Of a stretch of 38,680 nucleotides of DNA, positions 1 through 8,737 are shown piece by piece. This DNA comes from Nanohaloarchaea archaeon B1-Br10_U2g1 (GTDB taxonomy: Archaea; Nanohalarchaeota; Nanosalinia; Nanosalinales; Nanosalinaceae): positions 1 through 38,680 of the forward strand of contig LKMN01000005.1 in assembly GCA_001563875.1 (NCBI GenBank). Direction: 5' to 3'. Both the position numbers and the translations under genes were made by a program. Within the stretch, counting starts at the first letter, position 1. The number at the start of each line of letters is the position of its first letter. The notes beneath the pieces are model-generated. The model did no database searches, was not told the DNA's origin, and saw only the letters and a list, made by a program, of their open reading frames with translations.

Positions 1-2
1 AA

Positions 3-1280
3 GTAGGCCGCAACATGACCGCTGTTGAAGTCCACGGCGAGACTGTTATATTCGATATGGGCTTCGAAATGGAAGAGGTTATCAACGCCGACGGCGAAGT
101 CGACCAGATGACCACAAATCAAACCCTAGAAACAGGAGCAATCCCGATAGACGAGTCCATAATGGACAAAAACGTCAAAGCAATCATAATCGGGCACGGA
201 CATATGGACCACGTTGGAGCAATCCCGAAACTAGCGGGAGCATACGACTGTCCGATTCTATGCACCCCTTACACAAAGAAGGTTATCCAGAGAGTTCTTG
301 ACGGAGACAGAAAGAACATCGACAACCCTGTAAGAGAGGTCGAGAAAGGACAGAACTATGTAATCTCCGATAAACTGGAGCTTGAGTTCATGCACGTCAA
401 CCACTCAATCCCGCAGGCAACTTTAAGTCTTCTGAAGACGCCTGAAGGAAACGTTGTCTACGGAAACGACATGAAAATCGATTACTCTCCAGTAATAGAG
501 GAAACAACTGATATAGAGCGTTTAAAGAAGGCAGGAAACGAAGGGGTCAAGCTTATGATTCCGGGAACGACAACGGTTGACAAACCTGGAAGGGTACGGT
601 CCGAAAAATCTGTTGAGATAGAACTACAGGACACGCTTAACTCCTGTTATGAAGCTGGAGGAGCAGTAGTTGTCACAACGTTCTCGAGCCAGATCTCCCG
701 TCTCAACACGATTCTTGACGCTAACAACGGTAGAAGAAAGGTGGCATTCCTAGGAAGAAGCCTCAAAGAGTACACCAAGTCAGCTGAAGAGCTAGGGCTA
801 ATAGATCTCTCAAATGTTGAAGTAGCCTCATACTTCGACGAATGTGAGAAACTGGTCTCAAAGATATCAGAAGAGAAAGACCAGTGGCTGATTGTAGCAA
901 CAGGAAACCAAGGAGAGCCAGGGGCACAGATGGACAAACTGGCCTCGGGGACATACCCGTTCAACTTTAGGAAAGGAGATCACGTGGTCTTCTCATCAAG
1001 AACAATTCCTACTCCTATAACACGGTCGAACCGTTACAGCCTAGAGAAAAAACTGAAAGAGAAAGGTGTCAGACTCTACAAGAACGTTCACACTTCAGGA
1101 CACGCAAAGAAAGAAGATCACAGAGACTTCATCAAGTATCTTGATCCAGACAACATAGTTCCTTCGCACGGGAACATCCAGAAGCTTGGAAGCTATGTTG
1201 AATTAGCAAGAGAAGAAGGATACAGTCTTGAAGAAGACGTCTTTATAGGAGAGAACGGTAGAGTAATAGAAATCCACTGA
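3..1280 (+). CDS. rnj: Ribonuclease J (beta-CASP metallo-beta-lactamase), 5'-truncated by the window edge
   Basis: HGHMDH metal motif, HSIPQ, TGNQGEP, HTSGHA and VPSHG motifs. The frame stays open upstream of the ATG at 15 (V-G-R-N-M-T-A, typical of the RNase J N-terminus), so the true start lies outside the window. Confidence 0.92.
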   Translation, partial: VGRNMTAVEVHGETVIFDMGFEMEEVINADGEVDQMTTNQTLETGAIPIDESIMDKNVKAIIIGHGHMDHVGAIPKLAGAYDCPILCTPYTKKVIQRVLDGDRKNIDNPVREVEKGQNYVISDKLELEFMHVNHSIPQATLSLLKTPEGNVVYGNDMKIDYSPVIEETTDIERLKKAGNEGVKLMIPGTTTVDKPGRVRSEKSVEIELQDTLNSCYEAGGAVVVTTFSSQISRLNTILDANNGRRKVAFLGRSLKEYTKSAEELGLIDLSNVEVASYFDECEKLVSKISEEKDQWLIVATGNQGEPGAQMDKLASGTYPFNFRKGDHVVFSSRTIPTPITRSNRYSLEKKLKEKGVRLYKNVHTSGHAKKEDHRDFIKYLDPDNIVPSHGNIQKLGSYVELAREEGYSLEEDVFIGENGRVIEIH

Positions 1281-1287
1281 TAAGGAA

Positions 1288-1330
1288 ATTTCTCTCTATT
1301 TCTCCCTTCAATTTTTCTTTACTCTTTTCA
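1288..1330 (+). terminator. T-rich tract, probable archaeal intrinsic terminator of rnj
   Basis: Pyrimidine and oligo-T runs immediately after the stop codon. Confidence 0.4.
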
Positions 1331-1383
1331 AGATATCTTTTACGGGTAATCTACAACGCAAAGAATTAATTAGTTTACAGAGT

Positions 1384-1521
1384 TGGGAAAGCCGGGAATC
1401 GAACCCGGGACCTCTGCGTATCTCACAAAACCTTTATTTAATCATCAAGGTCTCTAAGACCTCTCATAGCTCATAATTCTTTGTTATGAGCGCAGCGCTC
1501 TAACCCCTGAGCTACTTTCCC
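1384..1521 (-). tRNA. tRNA with CAT anticodon (probably elongator Met; Ile2 not excluded), 65-nt intron at 37/38 (1420-1484)
   Basis: Minus strand folds as GGGAAAG/CTTTCCC acceptor stem, GCTC/GAGC D-arm, CTGCG-CT-CAT-A|A-CGCAG anticodon arm and CCGGG-TTCGATT-CCCGG T-arm. Bulge-helix-bulge formed by CTCA/TGAG with TAA and ATA bulges. CCA is not encoded. Confidence 0.93.
1442..1476 (-). ncRNA. Candidate intron-encoded box C'/D' guide for 2'-O-methylation of tRNA C34
   Basis: Order on the minus strand: TTATGAGC (antisense to tRNA nt 31-38), T, ATGA (D-like), a 6-bp hairpin, then TGATGA (C box core). The N+5 position pairs with C34. Confidence 0.6.
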
Positions 1522-1600
1522 TTCATCTCTGTAAGTTTATCTCTTTACTAAATCTTTTTATTACACAGCTCTAAAAAAGCTGTTCCGCTGACCGGAAATC

Positions 1601-1900
1601 TTAATTGAATCCGAAAAGATTGTCGTACTCTATCTTGTCTAAAGTCAGGTCTGTTAAACTGGTCAAGGTGTAGATGTCAAAAGCTTCCCGCTCGATATCT
1701 GAGTCGAGATCTCTGTAATCCGGATCCGGACCGTACTTTTCGGTAAAGTAATCCTCCAAGATCTCATGTACTTCCTGGCTTTCAAAATCTCTGTTTTCAT
1801 AGGTCTCTAGGACTGTTTCTAATGCTTCTTCTGAGTTATTCCCCCAGTACTTTTCGCAACTGGATTCAAGTTCAAACATGTTTTCTAGGCTCATAGACAA
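1601..1900 (-). CDS. Hypothetical acidic protein (start may be the ATG at 1894)
   Basis: 99-aa ORF with the D/E-rich composition of the real genes here; no recognisable motif. Confidence 0.6.
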   Translation of the reverse strand: MSMSLENMFELESSCEKYWGNNSEEALETVLETYENRDFESQEVHEILEDYFTEKYGPDPDYRDLDSDIEREAFDIYTLTSLTDLTLDKIEYDNLFGFN

Positions 1901-2216
1901 CTCTAAGATTTAGAGTAATCCTTTGAATATTAAATAAACCAGCCACCAAAAATGTTCATTGCGGTTTTAAATCTCTATCCCCGCCAGATCCTTCTTGAAG
2001 GGGCGTGTCCTGATTTAGAAAGTGTGATCTGCGAGCCAAAAGCCATCTACGTATATCTATCCTGTTTTCATAGACCCAAGAAGATTTTTGTCAGACAAAA
2101 AGTCTCGAATACCTTATAGAAATGTTTAAAATATCTGCATCTTGCTGAGACATATTTTTAGGAAAGTCAGTAACCTCGGTTAAAAATCTATTTTAGGAGG
2201 AATAAGAGGGTCTCAA

Positions 2217-2290
2217 TGGGTTCGCCCGGATTCGAACCGGGGATCTCCACCATGTCAAGGTGGTGTCATAACCAGCTAGACCACGAACCC
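2217..2290 (-). tRNA. tRNA-Val(GAC)
   Basis: GGGTTCG/CGAACCC acceptor stem, CCACC-TT-GAC-AT-GGTGG anticodon arm, GGTTCGAATCC T-arm. Confidence 0.96.
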
Positions 2291-2407
2291 TGTAACAAAC
2301 TTGTTGCTTTACTTTTTTGTATAGTTCGAACGGTTGTTGTACAGTATTCTTCTGTGGTTAGGCTTAAATAAATCCGTAACTAGTTATAGTTTCGAGGAAA
2401 TCATAAA

Positions 2408-2557
2408 ATGGTTAGCTGTGAGAACTGTAGTCGAGACCTGAATGTTGATCCTGTGGAAAAGCCTGATGTCGACTGGGTGAAAGTCGTCTGTAGTAGCTGT
2501 GGTGAAGTTAAGGAAGTCTCAATGGTAAGACTTGCCGCAAACAGTTATAGAAAGTAA
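2408..2557 (+). CDS. 49-aa zinc-finger microprotein (CxxC...CxxCG), not in the ORF track
   Basis: Hand translation MVSCENCSRDLNVDPVEKPDVDWVKVVCSSCGEVKEVSMVRLAANSYRK*; two Cys knuckles. Confidence 0.7.
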   Translation: MVSCENCSRDLNVDPVEKPDVDWVKVVCSSCGEVKEVSMVRLAANSYRK

Positions 2558-2627
2558 ACATTTTCCAACCGTTCCTTTTTACGAAGTAAATAAAAAGTTC
2601 TTCTGCACCGAGTTTTAACTGATAACT

Positions 2628-3161
2628 ATGGTTAACAAGTGGCAGGACTATGAAACAGGTCCAGACTCTCCAGAAGTAATAAACGCGGTAATCGAAAACC
2701 CGAAAGGAACAAAAAACAAGTACGAGTACGACAAACAAAAAGAATCAGTTGTTCTCGACAGAGTGCTACACTCCTCGGTACATTATCCGGGAGACTACGG
2801 CTTCATCCCTAAGGCTTACTACGAGGATGGAGACCCGATGGACATACTCGTTCTAACCACACACCCGACTTTCCCGGGATGCGTTATAGAAGTACGACCG
2901 GTCGGCATTCTCTACATGGACGACGGCGGCGAACAGGACGACAACGTCATCGCGGTGCCCGTAGAAGACCCTCGATGGGACGACGTCCAAAACCTTGACG
3001 ATGTAGACGAACATCAGAAGGAAGAGGTAGCAGAGTTCTTCAAGACCTATAAGAACCTAGAACCGAAAAAAGAGGTTGAAATCGAAGGCTGGGGCGGAAA
3101 GGAAGAAGCCTTCGAAGCTATCGAAAAGAGCCAAGAACTATACAAAGAAGAGTTCGAATAA
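2628..3161 (+). CDS. ppa: Inorganic pyrophosphatase (family I)
   Basis: KNKYEYDK, LDRVL, YPGDYGFIP and DGDPMD motifs; FFKTYKNLE near the C-terminus. Confidence 0.97.
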   Translation: MVNKWQDYETGPDSPEVINAVIENPKGTKNKYEYDKQKESVVLDRVLHSSVHYPGDYGFIPKAYYEDGDPMDILVLTTHPTFPGCVIEVRPVGILYMDDGGEQDDNVIAVPVEDPRWDDVQNLDDVDEHQKEEVAEFFKTYKNLEPKKEVEIEGWGGKEEAFEAIEKSQELYKEEFE

Positions 3162-3187
3162 ACTCTCCTCATATCTTTTTCTTCTTT

Positions 3188-3997
3188 CTAACTTCCTGTA
3201 CTCGAGTAGTTAGAAACCCCTATCTTCCAGAACCGGTAAGCAAGGATGTAAAATACAGGACCGATAACAAGAGTTAGTATCTGCCAGAACCGCCATTCTT
3301 CCATACCTAGGAAAAATGTGACAGGGAAGAATGATGCAAAAGCAATAGGTATAATAGTTACAAGCATCAGCTGTATAGAGCCTGAGTAGATGCCTAAAGG
3401 ATACTTCCTGAAATCGCTTACTCTGAAGAAAAGCCAGAAAACGGCTTTACTTCTACCTGTCCAGAAAGCAGTGGTTGAAAGTACTAAGAAAACGGCTCCA
3501 AGCACCATGACGCCGTTCAAAACAGCTACCAGTCCGTAAACCAAATTTACAGGTGTGACGAGGTGGGTACCTATCTGGCTTACAGCATAGACAATAACAG
3601 CAAAGTTGGTTAAAAGCTTTGAGATATTGTTGTCGGACACATAAGAGGCGTAGACCTGGAAAAGAGGGTTTAAAGGCCTCACAAGTACTCTGTCAAACCT
3701 TCCTGAAACGATATAGTCATCCCCAAGCGAGTAAAGCTTGAAGAAGAATATGTGATGAAGATTCAGTATAAGTCCTCCTACACCTGCCAATAGAAGCATC
3801 TCATTGAAACTCCAGCCCTGTAAAGACTCAACCTGTGTAAAGATCAGTGTAAGGAACGCAATAGAGAAAACCAGGTTAACAAGTTGGCTAAGAGTTCCTA
3901 AAACAAAATCTGTCCTATAGATAAGTCTAGACTTCATGTAAACCTTGAAAAACGATATATAGATACTCAAATGCTTCTTTATAGATTTTAGATTCAT
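3188..3997 (-). CDS. ABC-2 type transporter permease (DUF990-like)
   Basis: About 6 TM segments, G.FD..L.RP motif, YP..IY and a Y.STGS C-terminus; adjacent to an ABC ATPase. Confidence 0.88.
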   Translation of the reverse strand: MNLKSIKKHLSIYISFFKVYMKSRLIYRTDFVLGTLSQLVNLVFSIAFLTLIFTQVESLQGWSFNEMLLLAGVGGLILNLHHIFFFKLYSLGDDYIVSGRFDRVLVRPLNPLFQVYASYVSDNNISKLLTNFAVIVYAVSQIGTHLVTPVNLVYGLVAVLNGVMVLGAVFLVLSTTAFWTGRSKAVFWLFFRVSDFRKYPLGIYSGSIQLMLVTIIPIAFASFFPVTFFLGMEEWRFWQILTLVIGPVFYILAYRFWKIGVSNYSSTGS

Positions 3998-4001
3998 CCT
4001 T

Positions 4002-4787
4002 TTAACCTCCTTGAACTGTTATCTTTGTTTTAGCTTTTTTCCAGGCATAGAAAGATACTATATAAAGTATAAAGATCCAGATAACCTGTTTGCCCATTAT
4101 AAGATAGATTTCTGTTCCTGTGGCTGACATTGTAAATATCTGTACCGGCGCATCGATCATGACCTGGAACGGAAGCAGATTGAAGACAGTGTGAAGCGTT
4201 CCTGGAAGTAGGTAAAGAGGGAAAAGGGCTCCCGAAAAAAGGTTCTGGGCGGTGCTACGCATCATCTTGATGCTCCAGTCGATCTTAGTCCAGAATATAA
4301 GCATAGAGGTAATATAAGCGAACAGGAAGACAACATTAAACGCTAAGAACAGACTTAAAAGGAAAAACATTCCATTAAACAGCGAAGGAGTATCTATACC
4401 TATAAAAATTATTCCTATAGCTGCCACAGGCAATGATTTTGTGAAAAACCCGAATAAAGCGCCCCCAGCGTCGTAAAAGTATACCTGTCTCATAAACTCT
4501 ATAGGTCGTTTCAGCTCGTTGACAATAGTGCCTTTCCTGATCCTTTCTCCTATATATCTCTCAGTATCAACGAAAGCTGTATTAGCGACTATCTGTCCTG
4601 CAACAATATAGGTGATTGCGTGCTGGAAACCTCCTTCAATATCTCCTGACTGATCTATTGCCAGCCACACAAAGTAGTAAAGAACCAAGAAGAGTATAGA
4701 GGTCCCAAGACTCATTAAAGCGTCTAAACGGTAAACCATTGACTCTCTGAACGAGGTTTTCAGAATACTTAGATACTTGTTATTCAT
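4002..4787 (-). CDS. ABC-2 type transporter permease
   Basis: TM segments, I..G.I...L.RP, FSG..FPL..LP, LPFQ and a terminal VQGG. Confidence 0.88.
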   Translation of the reverse strand: MNNKYLSILKTSFRESMVYRLDALMSLGTSILFLVLYYFVWLAIDQSGDIEGGFQHAITYIVAGQIVANTAFVDTERYIGERIRKGTIVNELKRPIEFMRQVYFYDAGGALFGFFTKSLPVAAIGIIFIGIDTPSLFNGMFFLLSLFLAFNVVFLFAYITSMLIFWTKIDWSIKMMRSTAQNLFSGALFPLYLLPGTLHTVFNLLPFQVMIDAPVQIFTMSATGTEIYLIMGKQVIWIFILYIVSFYAWKKAKTKITVQGG

Positions 4788-5769
4788 TATCCAGACCTTC
4801 TCTGTAGATCTTCTTTACCACTTCCTCTATATCCGGCTCTCTAACCTTAAAGTCGTGTATCTCATAGTTGTTCAGGATTTTTTTCATTATCCGGGATGCA
4901 GAGATCTTATTTCTGTCAAATAGTATCTCCGCTTCAAGATCGTCCTGATTAATTTGTTCAATGCCTTCAAAATCTACTTTAAGCTCTTTCCTGTTCTTCA
5001 GGTCGATCAAAAGCCTTCTGGAAGAGAAACTGTTCACGAGCTTTTCCAGTCTGCCGTCGTATATCTTACGGCCTTTATCCAGAACCACTATTCTTTCACA
5101 CAGATCTTCTATATCTCCTATGTCATGCGTAGTAAGCATAACGGTTGTATCATCTTTCTGATTCTTCTCTTTGATGAACTCTCTAATCTTCTCCTTTACA
5201 GAGACATCCAGACCGATTGTAGGCTCGTCCAGATAGACTATAGGCGGATTATGTAGGAATGATGCTGCGAGCTCACATCTCATCTTCTGTCCAAGACTAA
5301 GCTTTCTTACAGGCTGGTCAAGAAACTCGTCAAGATCTAATACTTCTTTAAATTCTTCCATCCTCTTCTCATAGTCGTCATCAGAAACCTCGTAAATCTG
5401 TTTTAGAAGTTTGAACGATTCTCTAACCGGTAGATCCCACCATAACTGAGTCTTCTGACCGAACACAACGCCTATGTTCATAGCGTTCTTCTTCCGTTGT
5501 TTGTGAGGGTTCAGATTTCTTACTTCTATTGTGCCGGAGCTAGGTTCAAGTATTCCTGTAAGCATCTTTACTGTGGTGGACTTTCCTGCGCCGTTAGAGC
5601 CTATGTAACCTATTATTTCACCTTGCCCGATTTTCAAGTCCAAGTCTTTTACAGCTTCTACCTCTTTGTAATCTCGTGATACGAAGCTCTTTAGGTATCC
5701 TTTTACTCCCTCTCCTCTTTCATATATCTTAAACGTTTTAGACAGGCTTTCTGCACTAATCAGACTCAT
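4780..5769 (-). CDS. ABC transporter ATP-binding subunit (COG4586-like)
   Basis: Walker A GSNGAGKST, FGQKTQLWWDLP, signature LSLGQKMR, LDEPTIGLD and H-loop TTHD. Confidence 0.95.
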   Translation of the reverse strand: MSLISAESLSKTFKIYERGEGVKGYLKSFVSRDYKEVEAVKDLDLKIGQGEIIGYIGSNGAGKSTTVKMLTGILEPSSGTIEVRNLNPHKQRKKNAMNIGVVFGQKTQLWWDLPVRESFKLLKQIYEVSDDDYEKRMEEFKEVLDLDEFLDQPVRKLSLGQKMRCELAASFLHNPPIVYLDEPTIGLDVSVKEKIREFIKEKNQKDDTTVMLTTHDIGDIEDLCERIVVLDKGRKIYDGRLEKLVNSFSSRRLLIDLKNRKELKVDFEGIEQINQDDLEAEILFDRNKISASRIMKKILNNYEIHDFKVREPDIEEVVKKIYREGLDNE

Positions 5770-5815
5770 TGAACCATTTTGCGGTAGATAGTTTTAAGTC
5801 GTCTTTCAACATTCT

Positions 5816-6184
5816 TCAAGGAACTGTGTAGGTTGCGCAGGAATCTAAAGAAGGATACAAATCTGAAGCTATCTCGTCCTCTTCAAATAAGTATATTCCT
5901 GAAGGTCCAAAAGCTGTGTAAACAGTTTTCCCATCTAAATACTGGCGATTCAGAGCATCTAGACTTGTCCAGTCTTCTATAGTCGAATCTAAATACTTGG
6001 CCTCAATCATGTCTGTCGAGTTTGCATATAGATCTATAAACTCTGAAGGAGCGTTGGCAAAATCTGTTTCTATATATTCAATTTCACAGGTCTCTTCCTT
6101 TAACATGTCTAGCACATCTAGAAAAGATTTTGTCGTATCTGAACTTTCATCGTTGTAAAGGTAGAAATGTGCGGTCCAACTCAT
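5816..6184 (-). CDS. Hypothetical acidic protein directly downstream of XPB
   Basis: 122-aa ORF starting 1 nt after the XPB stop; acidic composition. Confidence 0.6.
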   Translation of the reverse strand: MSWTAHFYLYNDESSDTTKSFLDVLDMLKEETCEIEYIETDFANAPSEFIDLYANSTDMIEAKYLDSTIEDWTSLDALNRQYLDGKTVYTAFGPSGIYLFEEDEIASDLYPSLDSCATYTVP

Positions 6185-6185
6185 T

Positions 6186-7838
6186 TTATTCCTCTATCTT
6201 CACAGGTACACCTTTTCCTTTCAAGTGTTCTACCTGTCTCTTAACAAAGTCTTCTTCGTTCGAGCCTTTTGTGGCAACAATGTAAACTTTGGCATCTCCG
6301 AAAGGACGCATAACTCTCCCTGCTCTTTGCGTTGCCTGTCTTCTAGATCCTCCTTGGCCTGAAGCTATGATACCGACTTCTGCATCCGGAAGATCTAGCC
6401 CTTCATCGCCTATCCGCGAAACAATTATTGTGGTAATTTCTCCTTCACGGAAATCATCGAAATAGTCTTCTCGTGCATCAAAATCTGTCTGGCCGGATAC
6501 AAAAGGTACTTCGAACTGTTCCGAGAGTTCTTCTCCTTGTTCTATCCAGTCACAGAAGATTACTGTCTTATCCTCTTGATGTTCGTCAAGAAGGCTGTCT
6601 ATAACCTGTTTTTTAGCAGGATTCTTCGAGGCTATAATAGCTTTCTTGAAGCCTGAGGCCTCGTGGTAACGGTTTCTGTGAAAGTCGCTTTCCCAGTCAA
6701 CGAGCTGTATCTTAACATCCGGCTTCAGAACATACTCTTGGTTGAAGAACCGGGCCCAGTCAGCACCTATCTCTTTACCTATTAGCGCAAAAATCTCTCT
6801 TTCCTTACGGTCTTCTCTTACAGGGCTTGCTGAAAGACCTATCCGTCTTGTGGACTGTAGAGAAGCTGTTTTTCTGAACAGTTTTGATGGTATGTGATGC
6901 ACCTCGTCGAAAATTATCAGACCCCAGTCTTTTCTGAATAACGAAGTTTTTCCTCCGGCCATGTGGTAGGTGGCGATTGTAACATCGTTCATCTCTTTTT
7001 CATCGCCGTGGTACTCTCCTATCTGGTCCTCTGTTAAAGTAGTTTTGTCTAGTATCTCCCTTTTCCACTGGCCGACAAGAGATCTCTGCGGTACAAGAAC
7101 TAGAGTCGGTGAATCAATTTTGGCCATCAGACCGATAGATGTAACTGTTTTGCCGGATCCTGCAGGGTTTGCAAGTACTGCGGCTCTTTCCTCATGTGCT
7201 CGTGCTACATACTCTTCCTGATAATCTCTTAAATCGATTTCAAGATCGCAGCCGATTTTCTTATCTACTTCACGGAATTTTGAGTTGTCTTCAACAGGAT
7301 AACCTTTCTTCAGTAGTTTTTCCTTTATCTCAGCTCTTGATTTAGCTCCCATAGCTATACGGGATGTTTTGTCGGAAAGGTCAACAACAAGATTATCTCT
7401 TACCTCATCGATGCTTCTAGCCCACTCCATTCGCTCTGTATCGGTAGATTCCAGGGTATGGTATGTTCCTTTGTGCTCTATAGAAAACACTTCTTGTTTT
7501 TGGTAGGTTCTTTCAAGCCAGCTTAGAAAGTTAGGATAGTTCCCTACTATACGGGTATACTTCTCTCTCATCTCTTCTAAGGAGAGGTCAGAGTTCCAGA
7601 TATCCATCTCTTTTACTTTGAACTTGTAATGGTTACCGCTTGATGTATCGAGATGAGCTATCTCCGACATCTCGTTCAGTACTTGGTCGGAAGGATTTGA
7701 CAGTATTATCTCACGTTGAGGTTCGAAAAACACAACCTCTGAACCTTCATTAACCTGTTTAAGCTCTTCTATAATCTCAACAAGCTCGTCCTTAGAGAGC
7801 TGTTTTAACTCCTTGACCTCGTCTTTTAACTCTGACAT
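6186..7838 (-). CDS. xpb: XPB/Rad25-like SF2 DNA repair helicase
   Basis: LRDYQ, Walker A GSGKT, DEVHH, GLSASPVRED (RED motif), DEGLDLPDA and QRAGRVMR. Confidence 0.9.
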   Translation of the reverse strand: MSELKDEVKELKQLSKDELVEIIEELKQVNEGSEVVFFEPQREIILSNPSDQVLNEMSEIAHLDTSSGNHYKFKVKEMDIWNSDLSLEEMREKYTRIVGNYPNFLSWLERTYQKQEVFSIEHKGTYHTLESTDTERMEWARSIDEVRDNLVVDLSDKTSRIAMGAKSRAEIKEKLLKKGYPVEDNSKFREVDKKIGCDLEIDLRDYQEEYVARAHEERAAVLANPAGSGKTVTSIGLMAKIDSPTLVLVPQRSLVGQWKREILDKTTLTEDQIGEYHGDEKEMNDVTIATYHMAGGKTSLFRKDWGLIIFDEVHHIPSKLFRKTASLQSTRRIGLSASPVREDRKEREIFALIGKEIGADWARFFNQEYVLKPDVKIQLVDWESDFHRNRYHEASGFKKAIIASKNPAKKQVIDSLLDEHQEDKTVIFCDWIEQGEELSEQFEVPFVSGQTDFDAREDYFDDFREGEITTIIVSRIGDEGLDLPDAEVGIIASGQGGSRRQATQRAGRVMRPFGDAKVYIVATKGSNEEDFVKRQVEHLKGKGVPVKIEE

Positions 7839-7891
7839 GGCCTATAAGGTGGATAGAAACTCTTTTATCAGTAGTCATCCACCTCAAAAAA

Positions 7892-8488
7892 GTGAAATCA
7901 GAGCTTACACGAACCCTTTCAAAGGTTGAGGGGTTTGAGAACCCAAAAATCTCCTTGGAACAGTATCTAACTCCTCCTGAGATGGCAGCAGATATACTAC
8001 ATACGGCATATATGAACCAGGATCTAGAGGGAAGAAAAGTAGCAGACTTCGGAACGGGCACGGGAATACTGGCCATAGGTGCGGCGCTTCTCGGAGCAGA
8101 AGTGAAAGCGTTCGATAAAGACAGTGATGCGCTTGAGAATGCAGAGAGAAACGCTGAAAAACTCGGTGTCAGACAGGAAATAGAGTTTGCTGAGGGAGAT
8201 GTTGAGAAGGTAAATGAAAGCTTTGACACTGTTGTGATGAACCCGCCTTTCTCCGTACACTCGGACTCGGGCATAGCATTCCTCCGTAAAGCCGTCAGCT
8301 GTTCTAACGCGGTCTACACTGTTTCACATCCGGGCTCCAGAGAAGTTATAAAAGATTTTGTAGAGAACTCGAACCATGTAATAACGGCTTTGGAAGAGTA
8401 CAGGATTTCTCTTCCCTCGACTTACGGCTTCCATACAGAGGAAGGCCGTGAGACGGAAGTCGATGTTATAATAACACAGAAAGGATGA
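7892..8488 (+). CDS. METTL5-family (COG2263) adenine-N6 methyltransferase
   Basis: F.NPK..LEQY.TP, SAM-binding D.G.GTG.L, catalytic MNPPF and C-terminal Y.FH. Confidence 0.9.
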   Translation: MKSELTRTLSKVEGFENPKISLEQYLTPPEMAADILHTAYMNQDLEGRKVADFGTGTGILAIGAALLGAEVKAFDKDSDALENAERNAEKLGVRQEIEFAEGDVEKVNESFDTVVMNPPFSVHSDSGIAFLRKAVSCSNAVYTVSHPGSREVIKDFVENSNHVITALEEYRISLPSTYGFHTEEGRETEVDVIITQKG

Positions 8489-8494
8489 TTAAAA

Positions 8495-8737
8495 ATGGAG
8501 CTTGAAACGGTTGAGAAAGACGGAAGAATCATTATCGACATGGGTCAAAACCATACTTTAGGCAATCTTATTAGAAAAGCTATATGGGAAAACGGTGGGG
8601 AAGCGGCCTACGACAAAGGACACCCGTTAGGAGAGGACTCCAATCTTATAGTCGAGTCTGACAATCCTGAAGAAGTTCTTGAGGAAGCGGTTGAAACCGC
8701 GAGAGACTGGCTAGAACAAGTCGAAGACCAGTTTTAA
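8495..8737 (+). CDS. rpoL: RNA polymerase subunit L (Rpo11)
   Basis: HTLGNLIR, AAY...HPL motif, 80 aa, and context near TFS. Confidence 0.88.
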   Translation: MELETVEKDGRIIIDMGQNHTLGNLIRKAIWENGGEAAYDKGHPLGEDSNLIVESDNPEEVLEEAVETARDWLEQVEDQF

